The translations under genes and the position numbers were made by a program. 64,000 nucleotides of DNA from a bacterium (GTDB lineage: Bacteria > SM23-31). The DNA is taken from positions 3,424,001 to 3,488,000 of the forward strand of contig OZ252239.1 in assembly GCA_965249485.1 (NCBI GenBank). Reading direction: 5' to 3'. Shown one piece after another: positions 51,257 through 61,453 of this stretch (position 1 is its first letter; every line of letters starts with the position of its first letter). A model generated the notes under the pieces. That model did no database searches. It was not told the origin of the DNA and was given only the letters and a program-made list of their open reading frames with translations.

Positions 51257-52759
51257 TTATTTCCAGTCTTTGAGCACTTGTGCACACAACCTGGCTCCGA
51301 CCCCGGTCGGTCCCTTTGGAAGATACGATTTTGCTTTCACGTCCCATGCAGTTCCAGCAATATCGAGATGGACCCATGGCGTTTTTCCAACAAACTTTTT
51401 CAAAAATGCCGCTCCGTATATTGTTCCGCCACCCGGTCCGTTACTGTTCCTTATATCAGCTGTATCGCTTTTTATATGCTCATCAAACTCCGGAAATATT
51501 GGAAGCTCCCATACTTTTTCACCTGTTTTTTCACCTGCATCACTCACCTTTTTCAAAAGAGACGCATTGTTGCCGAGCATTCCGGTTGCATAATGGCTCA
51601 GAGCAATGACAACAGCCCCAGTCAGGGTTGCCAAATCGATGAGTGCGTCGGGTTTATACGTATCGACTGCATAAGCTAGTGCGTCGCACAGTACCAGCCT
51701 CCCTTCGGCATCGGTATTAATGACCTCAACAGTCAGCCCGGAATATGCAGTAATAATATCTCCCGGCTTAATGGCATTTCCACCGGGCATGTTTTCTGCC
51801 GAAGTTATTATACCGACAACATTAACCGGTGGTTTCAATCGGTGAATATGTTTCATGAGGCCTAACACAGCAGCAGCTCCACACATATCGTACTTCATTT
51901 CTTCCATTTTCCTCGATGGCTTAAGAGAAGTACCCCCGGTATCAAAAGTAATACCTTTGCCCACAATTGCTACTGTTTCGGCGTTTTTTTGATTGCATTT
52001 GTATTCAAGAAGGATGAGACGAGGTTCTTTGACACTCCCCTGCGCCACACCAAGGAGCGCATTCATCTTGAGCTCCTTAAGTTTCTTCTCACCAAACACT
52101 GTGCATTTCAATCCATTTTCTTTTGCAAACTGTTTTGCTTCGTCTGCAAGATAATCAGGAGTAACAACGTTGCCCGGATTTGACGCAAGGTCACGTGCGA
52201 AAATCGTACTCTCGGAAAATACCTTGCCTACCTCGATACCGGTGCGAAGTTCTTCAATTTTCATTTTTGAAATATCGAAAAGCTGCATGGAATCAACATG
52301 CGTAATCTTCTTTACGTCTACTGTTTTGAATTTTGTGAATTGGTAGACACTGAGCATTGTACCTTCTACGGCAGCATGGGCTATCTCTCGTTTTAAAACT
52401 TTGGGAGAATCTATTCCTGAGATACAATTAATAAAGCGTTTTATCTTTTTACCTTGAGCAGTTTTTGCCGCGGTACCGAAAGCTTGCCTTGCCTTCTCGA
52501 TATCAAAGTCCCGCTTTTTACCGAGACCGATCAACACTACTCTTTTGACAGGTGATTTGGCAGGGGAATATAACACAAGTGTTTCGTTCAATTCGCCCTT
52601 GAAATCGCGCAATTTAAAGATTTCCTGCAGCCGTTTTCCTGTCACTTTATCAAGCTCTTTAAGCCAGCCATCCGCTGATTTGACCTCCTGAAACAAATAT
52701 ACTGCAAGCAGTTCAGTCCGAAGATTTTCGATCTTACCTGTTTTAACCGATATATCCAT
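51257..52759 (-). CDS. pepA: Leucyl aminopeptidase (M17)
   Basis: GKGITFDTGG, MKYDM, NTDAEGRL, ATLTGA, WVHLDIAG. Confidence 0.96.
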   Translation of the reverse strand: MDISVKTGKIENLRTELLAVYLFQEVKSADGWLKELDKVTGKRLQEIFKLRDFKGELNETLVLYSPAKSPVKRVVLIGLGKKRDFDIEKARQAFGTAAKTAQGKKIKRFINCISGIDSPKVLKREIAHAAVEGTMLSVYQFTKFKTVDVKKITHVDSMQLFDISKMKIEELRTGIEVGKVFSESTIFARDLASNPGNVVTPDYLADEAKQFAKENGLKCTVFGEKKLKELKMNALLGVAQGSVKEPRLILLEYKCNQKNAETVAIVGKGITFDTGGTSLKPSRKMEEMKYDMCGAAAVLGLMKHIHRLKPPVNVVGIITSAENMPGGNAIKPGDIITAYSGLTVEVINTDAEGRLVLCDALAYAVDTYKPDALIDLATLTGAVVIALSHYATGMLGNNASLLKKVSDAGEKTGEKVWELPIFPEFDEHIKSDTADIRNSNGPGGGTIYGAAFLKKFVGKTPWVHLDIAGTAWDVKAKSYLPKGPTGVGARLCAQVLKDWK

Positions 52760-52805
52760 AAGAAAATTCTCTGAAGTGTGACCTAAAATTATTAATTAAC
52801 ACTAT

Positions 52806-53732
52806 TTACTTTTGAAATTCGTAAACCTGAGCAATATTCCTCCGCATACCCTCCCATTTACTCCGTTTTATCGGACTGTCCTTAAAGCGTTCTCTGAAAG
52901 AATCCTCGGTTAGCTGTTCAATCTTTTCGAGAACAGGAAATCTCATGTTCTCACGTTCAATAAACTCCGGATTATTGGTCGGTTCTGCGTTTTTGTTCCA
53001 GGGACACACTTCCTGGCAGATGTCGCAGCCAAACATCCAGTCCTGGTTTTGACCATGCCACTCTTGAGGATATTCACCCCTGTATTCAATAGTCCGGTAC
53101 GATATACACTGATTACTGTCGACGACACAATCATCAAGAATTGCATTTGTGGGACACGCATCAATACAGAGTGTGCATGTTCCGCAGTGGTCGGATGCTG
53201 GATCATCATACTCTAAGGTTGCAGTCGTAAGAATCTCACCGATAAAAAAGTAAGAGCCAATATCCTTCGCCAACACATTAGAGTGTTTCCCGATCCATCC
53301 GATCCCGGCTTTCTGTGCCCAGATCTTGTCTGCGACTGGTGCATCATCTACAGCATGGATACTATGAGCATCCGGATCAAGTACATTGAGATAGTCTTGC
53401 AATGACCCGAGCATCTCTTTTAACACAAAATGGTAATCGCGTCCTACTGCATACCGGGAAATCTGCCCTGAATCATCAGGGCGGGGCGGATCATCGGAAT
53501 AGTAGTTGACTGCTCCGACAATAATACTCTGAACACCCGGAAGATACTGCTCGGGATTACACCGCTTTTCCGCAGTCCGCTCCATCCAGTGCATCGTTGC
53601 CTGATAACCGTTATTCAACCAGTGTTCGAGAAATGCACTATCGAGTCTTTGGGATCGGGCAATACCAATTTTGTCAAAACCGAGGTCATATGCTCTGGAT
53701 TTTATTTTTTCCGTTAATTCTGCTGTTTTCAT
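52806..53732 (-). CDS. queG: tRNA epoxyqueuosine reductase
   Basis: ISRYAVGRDYH, AGIGWIGK, CGTCTLCIDACPT, FGCDICQEVCPWN. Confidence 0.95.
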   Translation of the reverse strand: MKTAELTEKIKSRAYDLGFDKIGIARSQRLDSAFLEHWLNNGYQATMHWMERTAEKRCNPEQYLPGVQSIIVGAVNYYSDDPPRPDDSGQISRYAVGRDYHFVLKEMLGSLQDYLNVLDPDAHSIHAVDDAPVADKIWAQKAGIGWIGKHSNVLAKDIGSYFFIGEILTTATLEYDDPASDHCGTCTLCIDACPTNAILDDCVVDSNQCISYRTIEYRGEYPQEWHGQNQDWMFGCDICQEVCPWNKNAEPTNNPEFIERENMRFPVLEKIEQLTEDSFRERFKDSPIKRSKWEGMRRNIAQVYEFQK

Positions 53733-53920
53733 CAACATAAAAAACGAAGCATTATGTGCTTCGCTCTCTTGAAACGACCTCAATTTACTCTTGAAAATAC
53801 AAGTTAATTCGCACTGCTGTAAGTAAGGAGAATTAATATAAATTGCAAGTAATTTGATTGAGTCAATTGAGGAACCCAACACAAAAGATTAAAGCAAAGG
53901 TACGTAATCTAATAGTATAT

Positions 53921-53958
53921 AAAAAACCCCTGAATGGTATTATTCATCAGGGGTTTTT
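53921..53958. terminator. Intrinsic terminator (bidirectional form) after the proline dehydrogenase gene
   Basis: AAAAAACCCCTGA...TCAGGGGTTTTT. Confidence 0.8.
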
Positions 53959-54003
53959 ACACTCGTCTCTTTTAGTCGGGCATACTGCCAGTAACAGATA
54001 TAA

Positions 54004-54954
54004 TTATACAAACTTCTTAAGGCCTAATATACAGAGTGGGATGTCGAAAATGTTTGTCCAGTTCTCTGCTAAACGGCGTGTATAATATGGATACCAGTGT
54101 GTTCCCATGGGAACGGTCAAGCACATCCGGTATCCTTCGGCAACACAGGCTTTTAAAACTTCAGGCTTAGTGACGCCGTACACTCTTTGAAACTCAAACT
54201 GATGCTTTTCACGACCGTACTTCACTGCAAGTTCTTTCGCAAGTTTAATCAATTTTTGGTCATGCGTTGCTACCGAAGGATAGGTTCCGTCTTTCATAAG
54301 CATATCCAGACCTGCTGCATAGTTCTTGTTGATCTCATCTTTAACCTGATAAGCGACTTCGGGGGATTCAGCGTAAACACCTTTTGTCCAACGAATTCGA
54401 AATTTGTTTTCATTTATATATTCGAGGTCTTTTAATGTTCTTCTAAGATTAGCCTGAAATACCATGGCGAAGTTTGTATAACCCAGATCGTAGAAATGTC
54501 TGTGAATGTCGATCGTACCCTGAATCATATATGCAAATTCCATATCGATCCTGGTGAAAATCCCGTACTCCTTTGTCTTTTTCAATACTCTTTCTGTGTT
54601 TTTCTTGCACACTTCCAGGTCTATATCATATCCAAATTGAGTCAATTTTATAGAAATATGCGATTTTAATTTCTCCTGATGAATTCTCTCGATCAATTCC
54701 ATCCATACTTCCATGACAGGTTCAATATCTTCAACCTTTTCATGGCTTTCTCCGAGGAGAGTCGTTGTGGCGTAAACTCCGATAGAATTTAGATGTTTAA
54801 TTGCCCTGACTGCATCATCAATAGTAGGACCGCAAACCCATCTTTTTGCAAATCCGACAGAATAACCATATTTCTGTGCGACTTCCTGCAGCGACTTATT
54901 CTCCGCACACCATTTCAGAAAAGATTTCCATCTTTGCTTCACCCACGAACGCAT
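54004..54954 (-). CDS. putB: Monofunctional proline dehydrogenase-family flavoprotein (divergent)
   Basis: LLGE, SIKLTQ, RIDME, KGVY.E, ATHD, RRLAE. Confidence 0.85.
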   Translation of the reverse strand: MRSWVKQRWKSFLKWCAENKSLQEVAQKYGYSVGFAKRWVCGPTIDDAVRAIKHLNSIGVYATTTLLGESHEKVEDIEPVMEVWMELIERIHQEKLKSHISIKLTQFGYDIDLEVCKKNTERVLKKTKEYGIFTRIDMEFAYMIQGTIDIHRHFYDLGYTNFAMVFQANLRRTLKDLEYINENKFRIRWTKGVYAESPEVAYQVKDEINKNYAAGLDMLMKDGTYPSVATHDQKLIKLAKELAVKYGREKHQFEFQRVYGVTKPEVLKACVAEGYRMCLTVPMGTHWYPYYTRRLAENWTNIFDIPLCILGLKKFV

Positions 54955-55147
54955 ATAAACCTCCGATTAAATTAGATTATCATATATTTCCTTATAAGGT
55001 CTGAAAAATTAGTAGTAAAACTTGTAAATGTGATAAATCTACTCGTTAAAGTCCATTACATTTTTATATTTAATGTGCTTTATTAAACACTATAAACGGC
55101 TTATTAATCCGTATGTAAGGTTATGCATATGACATCCTGCCGAATAA

Positions 55148-55777
55148 TCAGGAAAGTGCTGCCAAAAACGGATTGCTTTTCCTTTCCTGGCCAATCGTCG
55201 TTGCAGGCCCGTGTCCGCAGTATGCATTCAGTGAATCGTCGAGTGTCAGCAGTTTTGTTTCTATTGAATGGAGCAGTACATCATAATCACCACCAGGCAG
55301 ATCTGTCCGGCCGATCGACCCGGCAAACAGGGTATCTCCGACAATAATATCTTCATCCGCAAGAAAACAAACCCCACCCGGTGAATGCCCCGGAGTATGA
55401 AGTACTTTGAGGCTGATATCCCCAATTGCAACAATATCACCTTCGTCTAAATAACTGTCTACTTTTGGTATTCCCTGTGTTGGAATACCATACTCGGCAG
55501 ACATGGCAGGAAGAGATTCAAGCAGCCACTCGTCAGATTCATGTAAAAAAAAAGGGAGTCCCAGCCGCTCTTGCAGTTCTTTCACACCGGCTAAATGGTC
55601 GACATGACCGTGGGTATTGATGATTTTTTCCGGCTCCAAATTTCGTTCAACCAGAGCATACAGTATTGTATCGATGTCGCCACCGGGATCGATTATAGCA
55701 GCTTTTCGTGTTAGTTCGGAGACAACGATGTAACAATTCATCACAAACGGGCCGATGACAAATGTTTCAATAATCAT
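55148..55777 (-). CDS. MBL-fold metallohydrolase (glyoxalase II-like)
   Basis: THGHVDH, HTPGHSPG, GDTLFAGSIGRTD, GHGP. Confidence 0.93.
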   Translation of the reverse strand: MIIETFVIGPFVMNCYIVVSELTRKAAIIDPGGDIDTILYALVERNLEPEKIINTHGHVDHLAGVKELQERLGLPFFLHESDEWLLESLPAMSAEYGIPTQGIPKVDSYLDEGDIVAIGDISLKVLHTPGHSPGGVCFLADEDIIVGDTLFAGSIGRTDLPGGDYDVLLHSIETKLLTLDDSLNAYCGHGPATTIGQERKSNPFLAALS

Positions 55778-55834
55778 ATCATTATATTCATGCAATAAAT
55801 GTGGTTCAATACAACTATCACGCAATGTGTGGTA

Positions 55835-56467
55835 TTACCACTTCAATGCAACCGCCACTCCGTCTCTAATCGGTACAATAACAGAAATTACTTCCGAGGA
55901 TGTATGGATCATTTCATTGAATTTCAGGATCGCACGGCTGTTTTCATCGGGATTTTGCTCAAAAATCCTTCCACTCCACAACGCGTTATCTGCAATGAAT
56001 AAACCACCGGACCGGAGCTTCGGTAATGCGGCCTTAAATGCTTCGGGATAGGCATGTTTATCGATATCATTATAAATAATATCGAATTGGCCTTCCGTTT
56101 TGTTCAGCGATTCAATTGCATCTCCCTTCATGTAGGTGATCCTGCCCTTTGCTCCGAGCCGTTCAAAATATTCGTATCCTTTCGCAATATTTTCATCTGA
56201 AAAATCGGTACAGATAATTTCCCCTTCATTTTCAGGAAACGCTTTCAGAAACCATGCTGCAGAATATCCATATCCTGAACCGAGTTCAAACACTCTCATG
56301 GCATTAATGCTCTTTGCAAGAAGCAAAAGTAGTTTGCCGACCTCCGGTTCGACAAAGGGAAATTCTTTACTCTCCCCATATTCCTCCATCTCAACCAAAA
56401 CCGGATCTTCAACCTTTGTTAATTTCTTTAAATAGTCTGTAACCGTTGGGTCCAATATTGCCATCAT
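55835..56467 (-). CDS. O-methyltransferase
   Basis: ELGSGYGYS, DIDK..Y, IADNALWSG, RDGV. Confidence 0.9.
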   Translation of the reverse strand: MMAILDPTVTDYLKKLTKVEDPVLVEMEEYGESKEFPFVEPEVGKLLLLLAKSINAMRVFELGSGYGYSAAWFLKAFPENEGEIICTDFSDENIAKGYEYFERLGAKGRITYMKGDAIESLNKTEGQFDIIYNDIDKHAYPEAFKAALPKLRSGGLFIADNALWSGRIFEQNPDENSRAILKFNEMIHTSSEVISVIVPIRDGVAVALKW

Positions 56468-56501
56468 ATCCTCTCTGTCTGTGCATAAAATATTGCTATC
56501 A

Positions 56502-57371
56502 CTATGGTGCCGAATCGTCACCAACTAAGTGGCGCATAATTTTGATATTTTTTTTATAAAACTCCTCACCACCAGGAGTTTCGAGGAGCATCGGTTTTCC
56601 GATGTGGCGCTCATCATTGAGGAGTAGTTCAAATGCTTTTAAGCCAATACACCCATCCCCAAGATTATCATGACGGTCGACGCGAGTACCAAGCTCTTTT
56701 TTCGAATCGTTGACATGAAAACCATATACTTTGTCCAATCCTAATATATCGTCTACTATCTGCATTGTCTCCTTGTACAACTCTGCATCTCTTATATCGT
56801 ATCCTGCGGCAAAGATGTGAGCTGTGTCGATACAAATACCGACAGCATCCTGATTTTTGACAAGCCCGATTATATCCCTCAAATGTTCAAACTTGTAGCC
56901 GATGCTTGAGCCCTGCCCTGCTGTTGCCTCGAGTAGAAGCATCACAGGAGAATCCGAGCATTTGTCCATGCAGACGTTCATTGATTCGGCGATCATTTTC
57001 ACTCCCCATTCCTCACCATTTCCCAGATGTGCCCCCGGGTGAAAGTTGAGGTAGTCTGCCTTTAAAACATGTGCACGTTCAATCTCATCAATAAACGCTG
57101 CCCTGGATTTAGCGAGAATTTCCGGGTTTGGCGCACAAAGATTAATAAGATACGAATCGTGGATCATCACCGGACCGATACCTGATCGGGATTTTTCCTG
57201 ATGATATCGTTCGATTTCTTCATCGTCGAACGGCTTCGGTTTCCATTGCTTCTGATTTTTTGAAAAAATCTGCATCGCATCACAGCCGATATCTTCAGCA
57301 CGCTCGAACGCATTGCTGACACCGCCAGCCACTGATACATGACACCCAAATCTATAATTGTTTTTTGTCAT
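56502..57371 (-). CDS. nfo: Endonuclease IV
   Basis: GCHVSVAGG, HDSYLINL, FHPG, CIDTAH, HVNDSK, DRH, ETP. Confidence 0.96.
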   Translation of the reverse strand: MTKNNYRFGCHVSVAGGVSNAFERAEDIGCDAMQIFSKNQKQWKPKPFDDEEIERYHQEKSRSGIGPVMIHDSYLINLCAPNPEILAKSRAAFIDEIERAHVLKADYLNFHPGAHLGNGEEWGVKMIAESMNVCMDKCSDSPVMLLLEATAGQGSSIGYKFEHLRDIIGLVKNQDAVGICIDTAHIFAAGYDIRDAELYKETMQIVDDILGLDKVYGFHVNDSKKELGTRVDRHDNLGDGCIGLKAFELLLNDERHIGKPMLLETPGGEEFYKKNIKIMRHLVGDDSAP

Positions 57372-57543
57372 TATTTTCTCCAGAACCAAAGTTGAAAGCT
57401 TTAATGTTAGAGAAATAGGGTCAAAAAGTCAAGCCGAAACTCAGGGCAAATCGAAAGAGCGTTTGGAAAAATTATTTGAATTCGGTATCTTGAATTTTAA
57501 CAGTAATTATATAATTTTTGAAATGAATTTCCGGAGGAATTTG

Positions 57544-58725
57544 ATGATGATCAATCGGAGATCAGCTACCCTTGCGATTCATGGTAATAAAGACCTGCGC
57601 GGAAAAAGTGAACCGGTATCACAGCCGATGTACCACACATCGACCTACACCTTTCCCGATTCCGATGCAGTCGAAGGGTACATGAAACGTGGAGAACGGA
57701 AACATTATATCTATCAGCGGTATGGGAATCCGTCTCAGGATATTCTCGAACAGAGAATGGCGCTCCTCGAAGATGCAGAAGATTCCTTATTTTTATCTTC
57801 GGGAATGGCAGCTATAACAACTGCGATACTCACAGCTCTTACAGATGGCGGCGAAGTTCTGGCACCATCTGCATTGTATGGTACAACAGTACGATTTTTA
57901 AAAGAAGAATTACCGCACTGGGGTTCTTCAATACGGTTTGTAACGTTCAATAGTTTATATAACCTCGAAGAAACTGTCTTACCGGAGACAAAGCTTGTTT
58001 ATTTTGAAACACCGACAAATCCCAATTTACATCTTGTCGATATTGTACGTGTTGCAAATCAGGCACATGATCTCGGCATTGCGGTCATAATCGACAATAC
58101 ATTTGCCTCACCGATCAATCAGCGACCGCTGCAGTTAGGAGCTGATGTGGTAGTGCACAGTGCAACAAAATACCTCGGCGGCCATAGTGACGTGCTTGCC
58201 GGAACGATCGTTGGGAAGAAAGAATTCATTCAACAGTGTCGAGACAGGAGCAGGTTATACGGACCGGTTATTGATCCATTTAATGTCTTTCTTCTGCTTC
58301 GGAGTATGGGAACGCTCGAAGTAAGGGTGCGGCGGCACAACGAAAACGCAATGAAACTCGCTTTATTCCTCCAATCGCATCCGAACGTAAAAACTGTCCA
58401 CTATCCCGGTCTGTCGGAAAATCCATATCATGAAATTGCCGGCAGGCAGATGCTGGGTTTCGGAGGCATGGTCACATTCGAAGTAATTAGCGGGCAAGCA
58501 GAGGCCATGCGTGTTGTTGATAGTCTGGAAATCGGATTTAACGCAACCAGCCTTGGAGGAATCGAAACACTTGTCAGCATTCCGGTCATAACATCGCAAT
58601 CAATGATGACGGCTGAAGAACTTGAAAAGGCCCAGGTTACACCGTCAATGATCCGGGTTTCGGTCGGACTTGAAGATGTCGAGGATGTGAAAGAAGATTT
58701 CAATAATTCCCTAAATATGATATAA
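57544..58725 (+). CDS. PLP-dependent trans-sulfuration enzyme (cystathionine gamma-synthase/methionine gamma-lyase family)
   Basis: YQRYGNP, SGMAAI, FETPTNP, DNTFASP, HSATKYLGGHSD, IRVSVGLE. Confidence 0.92.
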   Translation: MMINRRSATLAIHGNKDLRGKSEPVSQPMYHTSTYTFPDSDAVEGYMKRGERKHYIYQRYGNPSQDILEQRMALLEDAEDSLFLSSGMAAITTAILTALTDGGEVLAPSALYGTTVRFLKEELPHWGSSIRFVTFNSLYNLEETVLPETKLVYFETPTNPNLHLVDIVRVANQAHDLGIAVIIDNTFASPINQRPLQLGADVVVHSATKYLGGHSDVLAGTIVGKKEFIQQCRDRSRLYGPVIDPFNVFLLLRSMGTLEVRVRRHNENAMKLALFLQSHPNVKTVHYPGLSENPYHEIAGRQMLGFGGMVTFEVISGQAEAMRVVDSLEIGFNATSLGGIETLVSIPVITSQSMMTAEELEKAQVTPSMIRVSVGLEDVEDVKEDFNNSLNMI

Positions 58726-58733
58726 GATTCCTG

Positions 58734-58762
58734 TTGACAATAATTATTAAAATTGCTATTTT
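58734..58762 (+). promoter_or_regulatory. sigma70-type promoter of tRNA-Asn
   Basis: TTGACA-N17-TATTTT with TG extension. Confidence 0.6.
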
Positions 58763-58784
58763 TAGGACTTCAAAAATTGAGCAT

Positions 58785-58857
58785 TCCTCGGTAGCTCAAT
58801 TGGCAGAGCGGGTGACTGTTAATCACTAGGTTGTAGGTTCGAGTCCTACCCGAGGAG
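58785..58857 (+). tRNA. tRNA-Asn (GTT)
   Basis: Acceptor TCCTCGG/CCGAGGA, anticodon arm GTGA-CTGTTAA-TCAC, T-arm GTAGG-TTCGAGT-CCTAC; CCA not encoded. Confidence 0.96.
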
Positions 58858-58870
58858 CTTCAAAAAAGAC

Positions 58871-58904
58871 AAGCACTTACATGCATAATGTGAGTGCTTT
58901 TTTT
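58871..58904 (+). terminator. Terminator after tRNA-Asn
   Basis: AAGCACTTACAT-GCATA-ATGTGAGTGCTT followed by T run. Confidence 0.75.
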
Positions 58905-59154
58905 ATGCCATTAACTAATTTTCAATATTGAATATTGTAGTGGATTTTTGCATTTAGCAAATATAAGAAGCAAATCCACGAATTATTTGTATATTCAAAA
59001 ACTACAATTCTCAATTCAATCGTAATTGATATTAAAGCATGTCGAGACAAAAAGCTATGAATTTGGATTTGTTCAAGTATCTTACGAAGTTAGAACGGAA
59101 ATTTAGAAAAACTCACTATTGAATAATTTGTTATATGACTAGGAATACAATCTG

Positions 59155-59553
59155 ATGAAAGCAACACTAAAATTTATTGGGCATATCAACACTCCTTATA
59201 AAGCAATAAAGGATTGCCCGAATAATGTCGACCTAAATGGCCCTCTTTGCCATATGGTAGTTCATAATGAATTTATAAACGGCTTGTCAGGGCTACAGGC
59301 GGGTCAGAAAATACTAATTCTATATTGGTTTGCAAATACAGATAGGAATGCAACAGAAGAGAAATCTCATACAAGTAAAGAGGTGTTAGGCACCTTTGCA
59401 TTAAGGTCACCACATAGACCTAATCCTATCGGTGCTACTGTTCTGCCCATTGAATCAATTGATAATGGAGTAGTTTCTGTAAAAGGGCTTGATTGTCTAA
59501 ATGGAACTCATTTATTAGATATCAAACCTGCAATAATGCAACAAAACACATAG
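59155..59553 (+). CDS. TsaA/TrmO-like (YaeB) SAM-binding protein, short form
   Basis: IGHINTPY, ILYWF, GTFALRSPHRPNPIG, GLDCLNGT.LLDIKP. Confidence 0.88.
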   Translation: MKATLKFIGHINTPYKAIKDCPNNVDLNGPLCHMVVHNEFINGLSGLQAGQKILILYWFANTDRNATEEKSHTSKEVLGTFALRSPHRPNPIGATVLPIESIDNGVVSVKGLDCLNGTHLLDIKPAIMQQNT

Positions 59554-59676
59554 CAAGGTAGTTCATTTATTTAATATTGTTTGTGGAATTATGCTAGTAT
59601 CAATGCTTTATTTTTTCTCATCTAATCAAGGTAATAAAACAGGTCAAAGTCACCAATATCGTTAATTACAAACACA

Positions 59677-59934
59677 TTATTGAAGAGTATTAAAAATTGT
59701 GGATCTATGTATCTTTAAGACATTCAAAACCTGCGTAACTCATGCTCTAGACAACCCCAGTTTTCTTGCTAAATCAGCCTGACTCCCCACTTCCCCGCTC
59801 TCGATCATCCCCTTGTATTTCAGGGCTACATCAATTATCAAAGGCTTTGATTTGCGTAGTTCATACAGCCTTAACTCCCTCTTTGATGGTTTCTTTCCGG
59901 GAGTCAAATCTAACGGTTTTTGCCTAAAATTCAT
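59677..59934 (-). pseudogene. Mobile-element-associated HTH (ParB-like helix) gene remnant with internal TGA
   Basis: MIESGEVGSQADLARKLGLSRA*VTQVLNVLKI. Confidence 0.6.
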
Positions 59935-60169
59935 TAATTGACGGTTACCGCAAAAGCTTATAAAGTATTGTTGTACAATAACATAGAAGAGAATAAATTG
60001 GTTCGTATTTTGTCCAGCACGGGGAGCAAGCTTCGCTTGTTGTTATAACCAATTGTTATTATTTAAGATAGCAATGGGTTTTCTTTATGAAGTGTAAAAC
60101 GTTGTGGGATTCGGGAATGAGTATTTTATATTCCGGTTCCATTCAAACACCCAAATAAATCGTTTATTC

Positions 60170-61228
60170 TTAAACGTGCTGTTTATAAGCCTGCTCATGG
60201 TTAAGCAAATACTGCTTGCGAGTCAATCCGCCGCCGTATCCGACCAGACTGCCGTTCTCTCCGATAATCCTGTGGCATGGAATGACAATGGATATTTTAT
60301 TATCGCCATTTGCTTTCCCAACTGCTCTGACTGCTTTGGGATTTCCCAACAGTTCAGCCTGCCTCTTATAGGAACGGGTTTCCCCGAACGGAATCCTGGT
60401 TAACAGTTTCCAGACTTGTTGCTGAAATGGTGTGCCGCTTAAAACAAGCGGAATTGTGAATTTCTGCCGTATTCCGTCAAAATACTCTCTTATCTGCGTA
60501 TCCAATTCACTAAAATGAACAGACGATCCTGGCATAATTTCAGCATTTAATTGTTTTCTGAGCCTGTTCAATTGTGTCTGAAGCATTCGCCTGTCAATGA
60601 ATTCCAGCAAGCATAATCCATCTTCGGTTGCTCCCGCAAGCATCGGTCCTAAAGGTGTCAGGATTCTCGTAACTTTTACTATCTGGTTCTGCATGCTCTT
60701 TTTCGGAGAATATCCGGTAGTTTTTTTATAAATATCGGTGAATCCGCTTAACGATTCATAACCGGAATCATAAGCGACTTCGATAACCTTATCGCCATAT
60801 TTCAATCTGCCGAATGCATCACTTATTTTGAGTGTCCGTAAGTATAGGTGAAAAGTCATACCGTATTGCTTCTTAAACCATCTGCGTACTCTGTTCGGAT
60901 CGATTCCCATCTCAATTACATGCCAATCTGTTATCTTCAGATTCGGTTCATCGCTGATTTTTTTAATAAGCGGATTCATCCAGGACGGCATTTCCCCTGC
61001 CTGTTCAGTTGGTTTGCACAATTTACACGGCCGGTAACCCAATTGGACCGCATCACGGATAGAATGTACAAATTCAATATTTTCAAAATTGGGAGTCCGC
61101 GCTTTACATGTCGGACGGCAGAATATTCCTGTAGTTTTAACCGCAATATAAAACAATCCCTCGTAACTGCTGTCCTTGTTCAGATATGCCTGATACATTA
61201 TTTTATTGTCGAGTTCCAATGCAACCAT
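60170..61228 (-). CDS. ada: Bifunctional Ada regulator / O6-methylguanine-DNA methyltransferase
   Basis: KTTGIFCRPTC, GYRPCKLC, AraC HTH, IPCHRII. Confidence 0.93.
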   Translation of the reverse strand: MVALELDNKIMYQAYLNKDSSYEGLFYIAVKTTGIFCRPTCKARTPNFENIEFVHSIRDAVQLGYRPCKLCKPTEQAGEMPSWMNPLIKKISDEPNLKITDWHVIEMGIDPNRVRRWFKKQYGMTFHLYLRTLKISDAFGRLKYGDKVIEVAYDSGYESLSGFTDIYKKTTGYSPKKSMQNQIVKVTRILTPLGPMLAGATEDGLCLLEFIDRRMLQTQLNRLRKQLNAEIMPGSSVHFSELDTQIREYFDGIRQKFTIPLVLSGTPFQQQVWKLLTRIPFGETRSYKRQAELLGNPKAVRAVGKANGDNKISIVIPCHRIIGENGSLVGYGGGLTRKQYLLNHEQAYKQHV

Positions 61229-61350
61229 TTTTCCAATCCCGTTTTTAAGCTAATATTTTCTGACTTTAATTGCGATATAAAGTAAATCAATATTTTGTGC
61301 ATTTCAACCGGAAAATTGTCACTCTTATTATAATTTTTCACATTGATGTG

Positions 61351-61453
61351 TTTGTTCAGCTTCAATCTTCAGCGTTTTCAAAACCTGTGTAACTCTCGCT
61401 CTTGACAAACTTTGCTTTCATGAAAGTTCTGCCTGGCTCGCAACTTCACCCAA
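61351..61453 (-). pseudogene. Second remnant of the same HTH gene
   Basis: LGEVASQAELS*KQSLSRARVTQVLKTLKI. Confidence 0.55.

Noticed and set aside
59740..59742. In-frame TGA here and at 61418-61420 as Sec or as evidence of UGA reassignment
   Set aside because: Each aligns with Arg in the sister copy. Intact genes (e.g. cupin 44592, alcohol dehydrogenase 45748) end normally in TGA, and Trp is encoded by TGG.
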